A stretch of DNA of 64,000 bases, from positions 62,001 through 126,000 of the forward strand of contig OZ037840.1 of NCBI GenBank assembly GCA_964035575.1, written 5' to 3'. This DNA is from Rhynchopus sp. YZ270_cl-10 (Eukaryota). Positions 23,389 through 35,720 of this stretch are shown one piece after another (the stretch's first letter is position 1; each line of letters opens with the position of its first letter). The translations under genes were made by a program, and so were the position numbers. The notes beneath the pieces are model-generated. The model searched no databases. It was not told the DNA's origin and saw only the letters and a program-made list of their open reading frames with translations.

Positions 23389-26118
23389 CTACTCCACAGT
23401 GGACCCCCACGACACATCAGGCTCAGGCTCCAGCAGGCCCAGCTCTGTTTCGTCCACCGTGGAGTCCACCTCCTCCCCAGGCAGCACAGCCTTCGCCCCG
23501 ACAGACCTGCACCTTGACATCGCCAAGCAGGTGCACATAGCAAACACCATTGACACACCGACAGCGACGTGCACGTTGTACGACCAACTCTGTGCCGAGG
23601 ACCAGTTGTCCCAGACGGGCTCGGGGGTGGCGATGTGCACCGGGGGTGCTGTTGTGTTGGGCGCAAGGGTAGCAAGAGCAAGAGCAGGCTGCCCTGTGGA
23701 TACAACAGGCGTAGGCGTGTGGGTAGGTGGTGGGAGAGTGGCGAGGGACGCGGCGCTGCGCGTCTCTTGCGTTGGGTCTTCCGACGCAGGGATCTGTGTC
23801 GGTGCAGTAGAGGGTGTGTCAGTTGGCTCCAGCGTGGGTGGATCTGTCTGCTGAGGGGGGTCGGTGTGCAGTGGCTCTGTAGGTGGCAAAGTCTGCGGTG
23901 GTTCTGTAAGTGGTGGCTCAGTGTGTGGTGGCAAAGTGTGTGGTGGCAAAGTGTGTGGTGCTTCGGACGTAGCAACTATCGGAGCAACTGCACAGACCCC
24001 CACATACGCGAGCCGCAGCTCCGCCTGCAGTTCTTGGTCATAGTCCTTCCAGAACGGGTTGAAGCACAGCTCTGTGTAGTTTTGGCCAGCAACAAAGCTG
24101 AAGCTGAGCGTCCCCCAATCAGGGAACATGCTGTTCTCGCCTGTAAACACAACGGACGACACCCCGTCTTTCCCACGCACTGTCACAACGAAATGACCCA
24201 GATTGACACGCGTCAAGAGACGCACGGTCACCTGGTAGCGCACCCCTACTGTGAAGACGATGTTGGTCCCCACACCTTCGTATGATCCGCTGTGCGACCA
24301 CATCCATGCAGAGCGTGAGTCAGGGCCGTAGAGGCCGCCGAAGACGGACGGTGTCTTGCTTGTAGTGTGCCACCCTGTCACTTGGCCTAGCGTAAAGGCT
24401 CCAGGTGGGTGCTTCGCCTCGTCCCACCCCTCGGGCACGTGGAACAGAGAGTTCACGACAAGGTTGCACGAGCTCTGTGCACTTATGAACTCTGGCAGGG
24501 GCACTGTTGTGGATGTTGCTGTGGGTGCTGCTGTGGGTACTGTTGTGGGTGCTGTTGTGGGTGCTGCTGTGGATGTTGCCGTGGGTTCTGGCACGTCATC
24601 TCGACAGACCCGCACACCCTTCACCCGCATATCCGCCTGGTGGTGGTGGTCCATATCCGCCCAAAACGGGTACACCCACAGCTGTGCGAAGTTTGCCCTT
24701 GCCGTGAACGAGAACGAGATGTCCGTATAGTTGGGGAACACCAACGCACTGCTGTAGACACGTTGCTGTTCCTTGGGATGAGGCATCCCGTAGGAGTCGG
24801 TGGTCGGCGTCAAGCCGTTCGTCAGTACGACGAAGAAGTCACCAAGCGCGATCGTGCCATCCGGCCACAAATCTGTCTGCACTGTCATCATTGCTGTGTA
24901 CTCTCCCCCGCTCACAAAGGGCACGGGTGCGTAAATACCTTCACCAATACCACCATAGGACCACAACCACCACAAATCAATCGTGGTATCACTCAGTGAG
25001 GGCGTGCCATGCGACCCCAACCACCCTTGTGGGTCGGCCATGACGTCATCACAAGCTATACGGAAGGCACCCACACGCGGCCCTCCCTCCTCCACATGAT
25101 AGTAGAACACATCTACAACCGGAACAACGACCACCTGGCGTACGTCTGCCTCCATTGGCACAACCGGGGGCGGCAGGGCCACAGACTCCAAGCTGTCCTG
25201 CACAAGACTGTCGAGAGGGATGCGCAAGAGGCCTTGCGTGCCTGCGGTGATGTACAGGTGGCTGCGTACGACCCGAATGGCGTGGATCACCTTGCAGACG
25301 TCTAGCGCTATAGAGGTAGGCCCACTGAACTGCACCCCCTGCATGCTGTCCTGCATGCTGTATGTGCTGATGACACCACCACCACCCTGCACGCTCGCAC
25401 AAAGCAAGGTGTCACCACTAAACGCGACCCGCACCGTAGCGCCCCCCACAGCAAGGTACTCCACCTCATCCGTCCCCAGGTCGAAGCACGCCGCACTACC
25501 GTCACCATCGCCCCGCACACCGCCAAAACAATGCACACCGTCCCTGGACACAGCTGCCTCACGCTCATTCACAGCAAAGCCTTTCAGAACTACACTGTCC
25601 ATGATACTGTCACTCCCACTCACGAGGCTGTGCACTGTGACAGTGGTGTCACCGATGCACCGAGCTTCATCCGTACGGTAGGTACACGATGCCACAAGGA
25701 GGGTGTTTGTGTATGCAGTCAGGGAGACCACCTGGAGCGTGCTGTTTGGTGTGAAGGCTGCGAGGACGGTGCTCGCTCCGTCTGATATGTTATACAGCGT
25801 GATGGCAGTGTCGGAGTGTGTTGCTGTCGCTAAGATGCGGCTGCCAGACGGTCTGTCGGGCAGCGTTGCCACGGCCATGCAGAACACCGTCTCCTCCAGG
25901 TCTGCCACCACTGCGAGCGGGGACGTGTCATTAGACGCAGCTGTGGTCGCAGGGAACGGGAACGGCACCTCCGCCTCCTCAACCACCACACCACGGCCCA
26001 GGTACAGCGCGTCCCCCATTCCAGCCATGTCCACAGGTGAAGAGCTGACCGAGAAGCTCCCCCATGACTCTGTCCTCACTGTACCCACCACACAACACAC
26101 AGCGAGGATGGGGAACAT
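23389..26118 (-). CDS. Type I membrane protein: signal peptide, beta-rich N-terminus, two tandem homologous beta-domains, P/T-rich stalk, TM helix
   Basis: The 940-aa ORF probably starts at ATG 26118 (MFPILAVCCVVG). It has a repeated WxWSxxGxxEG...SFSFxAxxN..L...PFWxDxD...QA..R...V.VC unit, PTT/TLPP stalks and TM VAVGVSMVFAMCTCLAM. Confidence 0.85.
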   Translation of the reverse strand: MFPILAVCCVVGTVRTESWGSFSVSSSPVDMAGMGDALYLGRGVVVEEAEVPFPFPATTAASNDTSPLAVVADLEETVFCMAVATLPDRPSGSRILATATHSDTAITLYNISDGASTVLAAFTPNSTLQVVSLTAYTNTLLVASCTYRTDEARCIGDTTVTVHSLVSGSDSIMDSVVLKGFAVNEREAAVSRDGVHCFGGVRGDGDGSAACFDLGTDEVEYLAVGGATVRVAFSGDTLLCASVQGGGGVISTYSMQDSMQGVQFSGPTSIALDVCKVIHAIRVVRSHLYITAGTQGLLRIPLDSLVQDSLESVALPPPVVPMEADVRQVVVVPVVDVFYYHVEEGGPRVGAFRIACDDVMADPQGWLGSHGTPSLSDTTIDLWWLWSYGGIGEGIYAPVPFVSGGEYTAMMTVQTDLWPDGTIALGDFFVVLTNGLTPTTDSYGMPHPKEQQRVYSSALVFPNYTDISFSFTARANFAQLWVYPFWADMDHHHQADMRVKGVRVCRDDVPEPTATSTAAPTTAPTTVPTAAPTATSTTVPLPEFISAQSSCNLVVNSLFHVPEGWDEAKHPPGAFTLGQVTGWHTTSKTPSVFGGLYGPDSRSAWMWSHSGSYEGVGTNIVFTVGVRYQVTVRLLTRVNLGHFVVTVRGKDGVSSVVFTGENSMFPDWGTLSFSFVAGQNYTELCFNPFWKDYDQELQAELRLAYVGVCAVAPIVATSEAPHTLPPHTLPPHTEPPLTEPPQTLPPTEPLHTDPPQQTDPPTLEPTDTPSTAPTQIPASEDPTQETRSAASLATLPPPTHTPTPVVSTGQPALALATLAPNTTAPPVHIATPEPVWDNWSSAQSWSYNVHVAVGVSMVFAMCTCLAMSRCRSVGAKAVLPGEEVDSTVDETELGLLEPEPDVSWGSTVE

Positions 26119-27960
26119 CACCAAAAAAAAAAAAAGACCCGCGGTGTGGGGTGGTGTTGACCTGATGGGGAAAGAAGTTGTAAAGGTGTTAACAATTGTT
26201 GGGTAGCACATTGCCCCAAGTTAAAAAAAAATTCAAAAAAAAAGGTTCAGCACGGAACCAATGTGATCCACAACAATACACTGACAGTGACAGTCAAACA
26301 AAGTACTTTATGGGGGCAGAACCAACCCGCGAGCCACTACAGCTCTTAACAATCTGGTGGCCGCGGGAGGAGAAAGCAAGAAACACGAGAAGCCGAATCT
26401 GTACACCTTTCACTCGGCGCAAAAGGGAATACTACACAGGGGCGGGGATTCAATTTTTGGTGCGGAGTGCGTGCAATGTCAAATGATATTTTATTAGTGT
26501 GACACACATTCCGGGTGTCGCTTTGTCTGGCTTTGTGGGCCAAGAAGCAACGACCTCGCAACGAGGCATGCTTACCTTTCGCTGGCACATCCAGAAGGAC
26601 TGGCAATCCTTCTCCACGGGCCACCAGATCTGCTATTCCGACCAGGCCATACAGACTAGGAATGATGCGGCTCGGGATCGCAAGCCTCGAGCCCTAGGGG
26701 GTCGAGGGGGAACGGAAACAAAGACAGAGGGAACGTGATAATGAGAGGGAGGGTGGCCGGAGGGCTCAACCCCTGTAGATGATGATACAGGGCTTTCTCC
26801 CCAAAGTACAAGGCACTCCAGCTTTGGCAATCAAAAGTGATGACAGTGAAGATGAGGTGGAGTCACCCACCATCGTCTACAGCGAAGGAGAGGGTGTGAT
26901 GCAGTGAAGGGACACAAGATGATGAAGGAAAGGGGGGAAAGAAGAAAAACGAATTTGTTTTTTTGGCCTAGGATGTGTCCAATGGTAAAAAACTAGAGTT
27001 TAAAATATACAAAAGCCCTCTCGTAAACAGTGTACCTTTGATACATGACCGGGCGGTACCGGGGGTGGACACTTCGTGGTTTACATCTGATATGTGCTAC
27101 TCCTGAAAAAATCACGTCGGTAGAAAAGTTCGAAAATGTAGGATTTATTATTATTTTTTTCAAATACGTCAAAACATCAGGGGGTGGTGGGAAGGTGGTG
27201 GAGGGGGCTTTTGTTGTTGGTATCGACAAATCACTCCGCTGAAGAGCTGTGGGTGGGGTGGAGGTGGAGCTTTCTGCTACTCAAACAAGGTGGCATCCAA
27301 AAGGGGTGTGGATTGTTTACAGACAGCACACCTCATCCCCAAGGCGTGGGAGAGATGACGTAGTATTGCGACTCTAAAGACATGACTTTTTTTTAGATTT
27401 CTACAAAAGAAAAGGAAAAGAAAAAAGGAAAAAAAAAAGATTACTGGAGAGAGGAAAAAGGGGGAATGGGTGTGCAAGGGGGGGACAACCCCCCCACCCC
27501 CCCTGGAGTGTTGCACACCTGGTATTGTTGTTGGCAGGAATAAAAACGAAAAAAAAGACTTTTTTGATAGCTGAGAGACCCTCTCGTTACAATGTATCAA
27601 AACAAAAAAGTACACTCTAAAAAAAAGAGGGGGAAAAGAGGGAAGGAAATAAAAGTGCGAGCTGAATGTGGCTCTCCAGAGCACGAGAATCGTCTTCGCG
27701 AATGCTTAAGGATTTCCCCCATGGATAGGTAAAATGCCACCCCCCCCAAAAAAAGGTTGACTTGAAATACAAAAGCCCTCTCGTGAACAGTGTACCTTTG
27801 GTACAATGACCGGGCTGTACCAGGGGGTGGACACCCCAACCGTGTAGTCCTGTCTCGATTTTGTGGTTTATATCTAAAAAACACACATTTTTTTTTTCCT
27901 GCCCTATTTTCCTGTGACTGCGGGCACCAAAATGGGCTCGAAAACGCTAACGTCTTTCTA

Positions 27961-28117
27961 CACGGGTTGCCTACGATCGTAGTACGATCGTACGATCATA
28001 ATACGATCGTAGGTACGATTGTATTATGATCGTACTTGATCGTAGTACGATCGTAGTGCGATCAAAAAAAAGAGCTACGATCGTAAGAGATCGTACTACG
28101 ATCGTAGGCAACCCGTG
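27961..28117. mobile_element. Palindromic MITE with 6-bp TSD
   Basis: TIR CACGGGTTGCCTACGATCGTAGTACGATC, TSD TTTCTA on both sides, internal TACGATCG motif array. Confidence 0.85.
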
Positions 28118-28467
28118 TTTCTACTTAGTTGGGATATTTCAGCAAGAGGGAAAGGATTGGGAAACATTGAAATACAGCACGGCACTGCGGAACTGCGTCA
28201 AAAAATACTCATATAAAAAAGACATAACAACACAACAATACAATGGATTATTGTTGGCATGAATTTTCCCAGAACTGCTTTTCACAAAATGAGGTTGCTT
28301 TTGGGTGAAATCACACAAAAGAGATTAGTTTGGTAAAATGAACCTAAGCCTCTTGTCCGGGCTGGCTACATAAAAAAGTGAAAAGTACAAAACCGCTGGA
28401 CAGATGCAGAGGGTCTAAAACTAAATGATGGCATGGTGCCACTCAGGAATCACGTAGAGGTGTTTAG

Positions 28468-28517
28468 TATAGTGGAGTTCATCCTCGGGTGGCTACACTA
28501 ATACAACCAAGGTTTCA
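28468..28517. repeat. Dispersed ~50-bp hairpin repeat family, both orientations
   Basis: TATAGTGGAGTTCATCCTCGGGTGGCTACACTAATACAACCAAG, also at ~30454-30502 and reverse-complemented at ~37541-37591 and ~45434-45482. Confidence 0.7.
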
Positions 28518-29315
28518 AAAAACAGAAGAAAGAAAGCGGTGTATACAAAGAAACGTTTGGTAAGATGACCCACTAAGCCATCTCCCCTGTTTTTTTTCCA
28601 CTTCCACTATACACCCTACTGCACAAAAAGTAGTGCAGCGTTCCAAGGTGGCTAACCAGTGTGGCCACGTTCCCCTCAAAAGGAAATGAAACTTGAGATT
28701 CGCCTCTCTGAAATAGTGCACTAAATAAGGCTTGGGAGATGCCAATGTGGTATTTGTGCTGACGCAGCACCTTAGACTCAACCGTACAGCACGCTGTATG
28801 TATTATTCAGGCAAGTCTTCGCACAAAAGAGTAGTTAAAAACGTTCTCAAAACGCAGTTCGGTTGCAAAAAAAAAAGGGGGGGTGCAAGTTGATGAATAA
28901 GTACAAATGCCTTTGGGACTCAGGCACTGACTATTACTCTGGGAGGTGTATCAAAGGAAAGGGGGAAAAGTGTGATTGTGGCTCTTTCTATTTGATCGTT
29001 CTTGTTTTGCATTGATCCACACAAGGTACATATAGGAGAGAAAAAGAGAGAGAAAAGAAATAAAAAGAGAATGAAAAATTGCGAACGCCTCACACAGCGT
29101 GGAATCGTTTAAAAAAAAAAGACTCGAAAAAATAATACCCAATCCAGTATCGACAATAACAGAACAAAGGGCGTTGGCTTCTTGCGGTAAAATGACGCCT
29201 TTTTTTTTTTTTTTTTTTTTTGTGTCAAACAATTTCTCATTTGCTTCAGTAGTAAGTATCTAGAGAGAGGGAACAGAGGTGTCTTGTGGAGAGAGGAAGA
29301 AGAGCCAGAGAAACA

Positions 29316-29452
29316 GTTGACTTGAAATACAAAAGCCCTCTCGTGAAACAGTGTACCTTTGGTACAATGACCGGGCTGTACCAGGGGGTGGACACCCCAA
29401 CCATGCAGTCCTACAATCCATTTCGTGGTTTACATCTGATATGTGCTACTCC
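29316..29452 (-). repeat. Most complete copy of a ~135-bp dispersed SINE-like repeat (~12 copies in window)
   Basis: GTTGACTTGAAATACAAAAGCCCTCTCGTG..CAGTGTACC...TGGTTTACATCTGATATGTGCTACTCC. Other copies near 4721, 5317, 12425, 26998, 27756, 29794, 43634, 46227, 50167, 55147 and 55587, all in the same orientation. Confidence 0.85.
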
Positions 29453-30197
29453 GATGAGGGATCCGAAAGCAAGTTGAAGACACTTTTTTAAAAAAAAACT
29501 ACAGGATGGTACGATGTTTCCTCGTCTTTTAAAAAAAAAAACAGAAAAAAAAGAAGAGTTTTATGAAACTGCAAACCGCCTTACCGTACATCGGCGGACG
29601 CAGAGCGCTGGCTCTCCGCGGGTTATCGAACCCCCATAGAACACTTCAATCTGGCATGCAACACGGTTACCACGAGGGAGTTGATGAAAAAAAAAAGGGG
29701 GGGAGAAAATATAAATCTAAAATAACGGATCGTTTTTTTTTGTCTTTTTTATTCAACAAAAAAAAAATCCCCCCGATCCCGACACAAAAAAAATGACTTG
29801 AAATACAAAGCCCTCTGTGAACAGTGTACCTTTTGGCACCACGCTGGATGAAAAAGGGGTCACATGATAGGTCACACAACCTTCAGTGCGAAGGAAGTGC
29901 AGATTTTTTTTTTTCTCTTTCTTTGTTACAAAGCAAGGCTTCTTCTAGGAGTTTGGCCCTCAACATTTGGTCCCCCCCTAGCAACAACGAATTTCTGCTG
30001 CGGCACGTCGCAGGCAAATAATGTTTTTTAAAAACCATCACCAAACGTCTGCTTTTTGAAAAATTGGTCGTCGCGCGCTCTCCTCCCTGCCAGTAGCCGG
30101 TAGGAGGGCCATTTTCTCGAGACACAATGTGGCCCTGTAGGTGGCAGACCACATGCTTTTTTTTTTTGCAACAACAAGAAAACAAAAAAAAACACAG

Positions 30198-33100
30198 CTA
30201 CGCCCACAGCGTTGGGCTGGTGCGGTGTGTGTGTCCTGTCCCCATCCCCGCACCTCCACCACCTCCTCCTCCCCCTGCCACCTGCTGTGCGCTCTGCACG
30301 GTGCCTTCGTTGTGCACCAGCATGGGTGGCATGCGCTGCTGCTGTGTTACCGGAGCATGTGCCGAGGGGCTGTGTGTGGTGTGTGTTGGGATTGGGGGCC
30401 ATGTCGTGTACAAGAATAGGACGTGGGAAGCGCAAGTCAAAGGAAAAAGAGGGATATAGTGTAGCACACTGTAGGGTGGCTGCACTAATGCAACCAAGTT
30501 TTACACTTTTATAGTCCCCTTTGTAAACCACATTGTTTTGGTCTTCCTTTTTGCTTTCAACCTTTTTTATTCATTTACTTTTTTGTTGTTTGGGAGACAC
30601 GCCCTACGTGTCGGTTCTGTGGAAAGACCAGCACGGAACCACCTGTGTGCTGCCCCTTTTCATGTCTATCCATGAAAACTGGTAATGGGGAGAATAAAAC
30701 ATTACGAAAAAACCTCCACTCTCATTTCGCAAGCTTCATTTTCGTTTTGGTTTTCTCCTCACAGAAAAAATTTTGCGGTCTTCGTTCTCAAAATCAATTG
30801 CTGCAGGGACCGCCTGCATTGGAGATCATCACACACTAACCATAATACCATACCCTAGTGGGAGGCCTCGTGGGACCGACGCACTGACGTGGCTGAGGCT
30901 TTCGTCGCTTCGCTGCTCTGTGTCCCGCCTGTGAGGCAGCACTGCGCCGGATTGTGCGACAGCACGGTAGTGTGGCACAGCAGCGCTGCCTCCACCCCCA
31001 CCATACGGGGTGGGTAGTGGCAGGGGCGACCTCCGTACTGCTGTTGTCATGCTGCTGCTTGCAGCTGTGTGCTGTGTGGGAGCTTCCTGCGGCGCACCCT
31101 GTAGATAGGAGAAGGGCATGGTGGTCACAAAGAAAAGAATGTCAGGATGCAAACCCCCTTTTGGAAGTTTCTTAGTATGGGTGGTTCAAAGAAATAAGGG
31201 ACAAATTCCCATATTTACCCACACGGTTATCACTGAACCGCTCCCGAAATGGATGTCAAAAAGACCCCCTTTTTGCTACAGAAATGAGGTTAGTGCCTGG
31301 GGGGGAAAAGGTTGGCGTTTGAATTTCATTTCCCACAAAATATAATGAAAAACCCCCCCAACATACCGACGTAAAGAGCTTCCGTGCGGCGCTCTGCCAC
31401 GCCATCCCCATTGGAGTCGGTGGGAGCAGGGGCCCATCACGCCGTACCGACACAGTGTCGCCAACAGCAGCACTTCCGTACTGTTCGCCACCGACACCTC
31501 CCGCCCCACCACCACTGCCCCTCTCTGGAGGCGGCGGGGACCGAGAGCGGCCATAACCACGCCCGCCTGCACCCTGCGCATTGAACGTACCTCCACCTCC
31601 ACCACCTTGGCCCTGCACGTCACCCTGTTGTTGGAAGGTAGTACTCACATCCACACCTCCACTGTTTGTGTACCCCGCCAGGACCGGGGGTTGTCGGGGA
31701 TAGCCTCCACCACCCTGATTCTGTACATCACCCTCATATCCCATTGTCGGCGACTGTCTCCCACCACCCCCACCCTGGCTCACATCCTGCACATTGTTGT
31801 ACCCCACGACCGGGGGCTGTCTAGGTGCCCCACCACCCTGGTTCTGCACATCCTCATATCCCACCGTCGGCGACTGCCTGACACCACCCCCACCCCCTCC
31901 GGGTATCGGTGAACACCGTCCAGTGGGGTTGCCACCTCCTCCTCCACCCCCACTTTGTCTCTGCCCTGGTGCGGCGCCTGGTGCACTGTGTACACCATGT
32001 GCTCCGTGGCGTGGGACGAAGCGCCGCCCCATTGCGTAGATAGGCGTGAGGGTGCTGTCGTGGGGGTGTGTGGTGGTGGTGTTGTGGTCGTAGGATATGC
32101 TGTGATTGTTGGCGCCCGGATTGCTCATATTGCTGGTGTTGCCGTCACCTGGTGGGGGAGGGGACGCACGCCCGACCCCAGGCCCAGCTACTCGAGGTGG
32201 CGATGCTCGCCGTACCAACGCTCCGTCTGCTGTGCTCTGCAGCATAGTACCCCCTGCCGCAGCAGGCACACCAAGCGTCTTGCTGTACGTGATCATCCCT
32301 GTATGGCCAGATCTGAGGGTCGAAGCACCTCCGCCTTGCGGCAACGCACTCACATTGTTTGTATACCCCGCCAGGACCGGGGGTTGTCGGGGAACGCCCC
32401 CACCACCCTGCTTCTGCATGTCACCCTCATATCCCATTGTCGGCGACTGCCTGCCACCACCCCCACCCTGGTTCTGCACATCCCCCACATTGTACCCCAA
32501 GACCGGGGGCTGTCTAGGTGCCCCCCCACCCTGGCTGTGCACACCATTGCTGTAGATGGGTGGATGGCGGGCGGCTCCACCACTTCCTGCCCCTCCTGGA
32601 GGGTATGGTGCGCAATACGCCTTGGAGCTGGTGTGGTGTGGCAGCATCCGTGCCCCTTCAGGGGAAGCGATGTGGGCGTGCTCAGGTGAGGTGGTGTTCG
32701 GGCTCATGCGTAGCATGGATGCCCCTGTCTCCTCAGGCTGCCATGCACCTTGCGGTTCGGGGGCTCTGTACGGTGCGCGCGGCGGTGTCGTGCACGGTGC
32801 TGGATGGTTCACCTTTTGCTCTGCAACGATGGTTCGTGTCACACTGCCTCCACCACCTCCTCCTCCTCCTCCACCCACAGGAAACGACTCACGCCGTCTC
32901 TCCAGCTCACGCACCTGTGTGGTGTACACCTCTCGTGTGCTCCGTCCTGCGGCGAAGGCTTCGTACAAAGCCTCCTGTTGCTCGAGGAAGGACCCTGCGC
33001 TTGGTGGCGGTGCGCTGGGACGTGAGCTGCACGACGACGCTGCAGGGTTCGGGAGCACGCCGGCACCACCGCCACCACCACCACCGACACCGCCAGCGAC

Positions 33101-33742
33101 TGTGGCGACAGCTGCGACCTCCACCTCGGCAAGGTTCGCCTGCGTCAGCACTGCCGGAGGCGGGGGAGGGGGTACTGAAGACGCACGCCAGAGCGGCTCC
33201 TTGGGGGACATCCGCATCACACCTGGAGCAGGGGCAGGAGCAGGAGCAGGAGCAGGGGTTGGGATTGGAGCTGAGGCAGGGACTGGGGCAGGGATGCTTT
33301 GCACTCCGTTCGGTGTACCGCTGGACACAGCTTCAGGACCGGGCACGCTTGGTGCTGTCGGGACTGTCCCTGACTCTAGGGGGGACACCCTGCGTGCCTC
33401 CGGCTGTGCCCACGGCAGTCGCGGTGCCTGCGTCGCTGTCGAGATGCGAGAGCGCGGCGAGCCCGGTGAAGACGAGGCGCGGTGGGCGAGCGCACTGCTG
33501 TGGTTGAGAGAGAGGTGCTGCTGGTAGCTGAGGTGGTGGCTGCTCCCCAGCTCCTCCGCGTGGTGGCTGTTCGCTGTGGCTACCGACCCGCCAGAAGCAC
33601 TCCGCACCAGATTCAACCGAGCCCCAGACACAACACCTATATCAGACCCACTTGACGGAGCACGCCCAGGACCAGACGGGCTGTAGTACGCGTCCCCTGT
33701 GCACGAGGTGCTCCGTTCTGCCGCAGAACGCGCTTCACTCAT
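30198..33742 (-). CDS. Low-complexity G/P/Q-rich hypothetical protein with internal repeats (3 predicted exons)
   Basis: Exons 33742..31367, 31098..30854 and 30369..30198 joined by phase-compatible GT-AG introns. QGGG-RQ(S/P)P-GY repeats. The last exon is less certain. Confidence 0.7.
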
Positions 33743-34601
33743 CGGCTAGAGGAAGTAGTGGAAAGGGGAGGAAGGGGGGGTGAGAGGCGATGGTGTGGTG
33801 CTGATTCATCTATTTCGGTGTTGGCATTGTTTTGCTGTGTTTTTTTGGGGTTTTTTTTTAGTTTGTTCTGATGTGGAGGGTGTATGTGTGGTGTTACCTC
33901 CCAGATCACACAGGGAACCTTATCTTTCGGAACTACAAAATGGCAACACGGTGTGAACCTGTTGCGTGAGCGAATGGTTCCCTTCAGCTCCCTAACATCC
34001 CCTTTTGTACTGCCGCTCTCTGCCTTACGCTTCTTCGCGATACATTGCTCAGCCAACTGCTCCGCGTTCAGACATACTGCGATCACGTGTCCTGCGTGAC
34101 TATAAGAACGGTATCTTGAATGTAGTATGGTCCGTAAAAAGGCAATTGCTAGCTTCGTCTTTATAGCAAAAGATAGTGCGATATGTTGGTTGAAAATGTG
34201 AAAGTGCTTTTTTTACATCTCTTCATTCGTTCGATTCCCCCCCTCCCCCGTTTTACCCCCCGTCTTTTATTTTTGTAGCTGTTGCTGTTTTTTTTTTTTT
34301 TTTTTTTTGAAAAAAAAATTATTTTTCAAGAAGAAACGCCAAATAAGGAACCCTTCACCCCACCCCATCACCAACCCTAATCAAAAAAAAAATGTTTTAT
34401 TTGTCGTTCCCTCAGTCCCCCCTTCTTGTATTTGTTTGATGCGTTGACGCTTTCACACAAAAGGGGGGTGCAGAAGAGGGAAGAAAGGACACACACCCTG
34501 CCGTGGTAGCCGTTGCCTCACAACAGTGCGGGTTGATTGTGTCGGGACTATATGGGACGATTCGTAAAGGGGGGTACACAAAAAGGTTAACCTCCCCTTT
34601 A

Positions 34602-34682
34602 CATACCTAGAAAGCGAATACATATTCACCCTATATTCGGATCCGAATATAGGGCGAATACGAAATTCGCCTTCCAGGTATG
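34602..34682. mobile_element. 81-bp palindromic MITE with 6-bp TSD
   Basis: CATACCT.GAA.GCGAAT...ATTCGCCTTCCAGGTATG centred on GGATCC, with TSD CCTTTA on both sides. Confidence 0.8.
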
Positions 34683-34982
34683 CCTTTACGAACCGTGCCG
34701 TACTTGTACAACTGCCCAAAAAAAAAAAAAAGAGAGAAAAAAGTTTTGGGAAGGCCTCAAAATAGGCTACACTGGTCCCAGTAGATATTTGATAATATCC
34801 AAATAGTTGCTCAGGTTACCTTTCAGGGGGGTGGTTTATGGACCGTTTGATTTGCCTGATACAGAGGGTGTGCTGCCACGTACTCAATGCACCCCAGGTT
34901 CCTATACCTGGTTGGTTGGTTGTATTGTGTTAATTTCCCTATAATATTTTCACTATACACAATACAGCTGTATTGTGTATTA

Positions 34983-35183
34983 CAGTAAGACTACAAAACA
35001 TCGGGTGGGTGGGTGGAATAAAAAAAACCCCCCCCTCTCTGAGTTTTGAAATCCCAAAAACCCACCTTAGTTTCATACATTGTTTGGAGTAGTGTAGTTG
35101 CCTCGGTTTGTGTTGCCACAGTTTGCGCAATCTCCACTGTGTTAGTTTTTTTTTTACCCCTCCGGTGTTTTGTTGATTTACTG
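34983..35183. mobile_element. Tc1/mariner-like MITE (family of 2978-3525)
   Basis: TA|CAGTAAGAC.ACAAAACA.CGG...CCGGTGTTTTGTTGATTTACTG|TA. It contains a ~60-bp insert also found at ~11592-11655. Confidence 0.7.
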
Positions 35184-35720
35184 TATGTAATTATGAGGAA
35201 TTATCACAATACAACCAACTAATCATACCCACACCCACCCCGGAATTCCCAGTAAACTAAAAAAAGGGGGAAAAGAAAAAGAAAAACTCGCCGCAAAAAA
35301 AAAAAAGGAACCCCTAGAAAAACCCGAAAGTATCTGTGTCATCAAATTATGAGAAAAATAAAAAAGGTGAAAATTTGATGTGCAAAAAAAAAAAACGCCC
35401 TCTGGGGACGCAAAGGCACTAAAAATGGAGGGGTTTTTTTTTATATGAAGCTCTTTGAAAGGAAGAGGCGATACGCTTTACAGATGAACACACAAAAACA
35501 GATTCAAAAATAAAAGGGGTGTGTTTGGGAGAGGGCGGGGGGGGCAGAAGGAAGGGAGAAAAGAAGTGAAAAGTTGTAAGACGAAATGTGCCTCTCGTGC
35601 ACACACATCAAAGAATTGTTTCATATACATTCTTTTTCTAATGAAAAGAAGGTACAGAGGGTGCTAAAGAAGTACCAAAGAAAAAATATCCCCCCCTTCC
35701 CTCCCTAACTGCTTATTTTT

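Noticed and set aside
26480..26910. GC-balanced islands that may be decayed retroelement coding sequence (also ~43820-44130, ~49400-49720)
   Set aside because: Multiple stops and no motif I can identify, so I cannot assign them.
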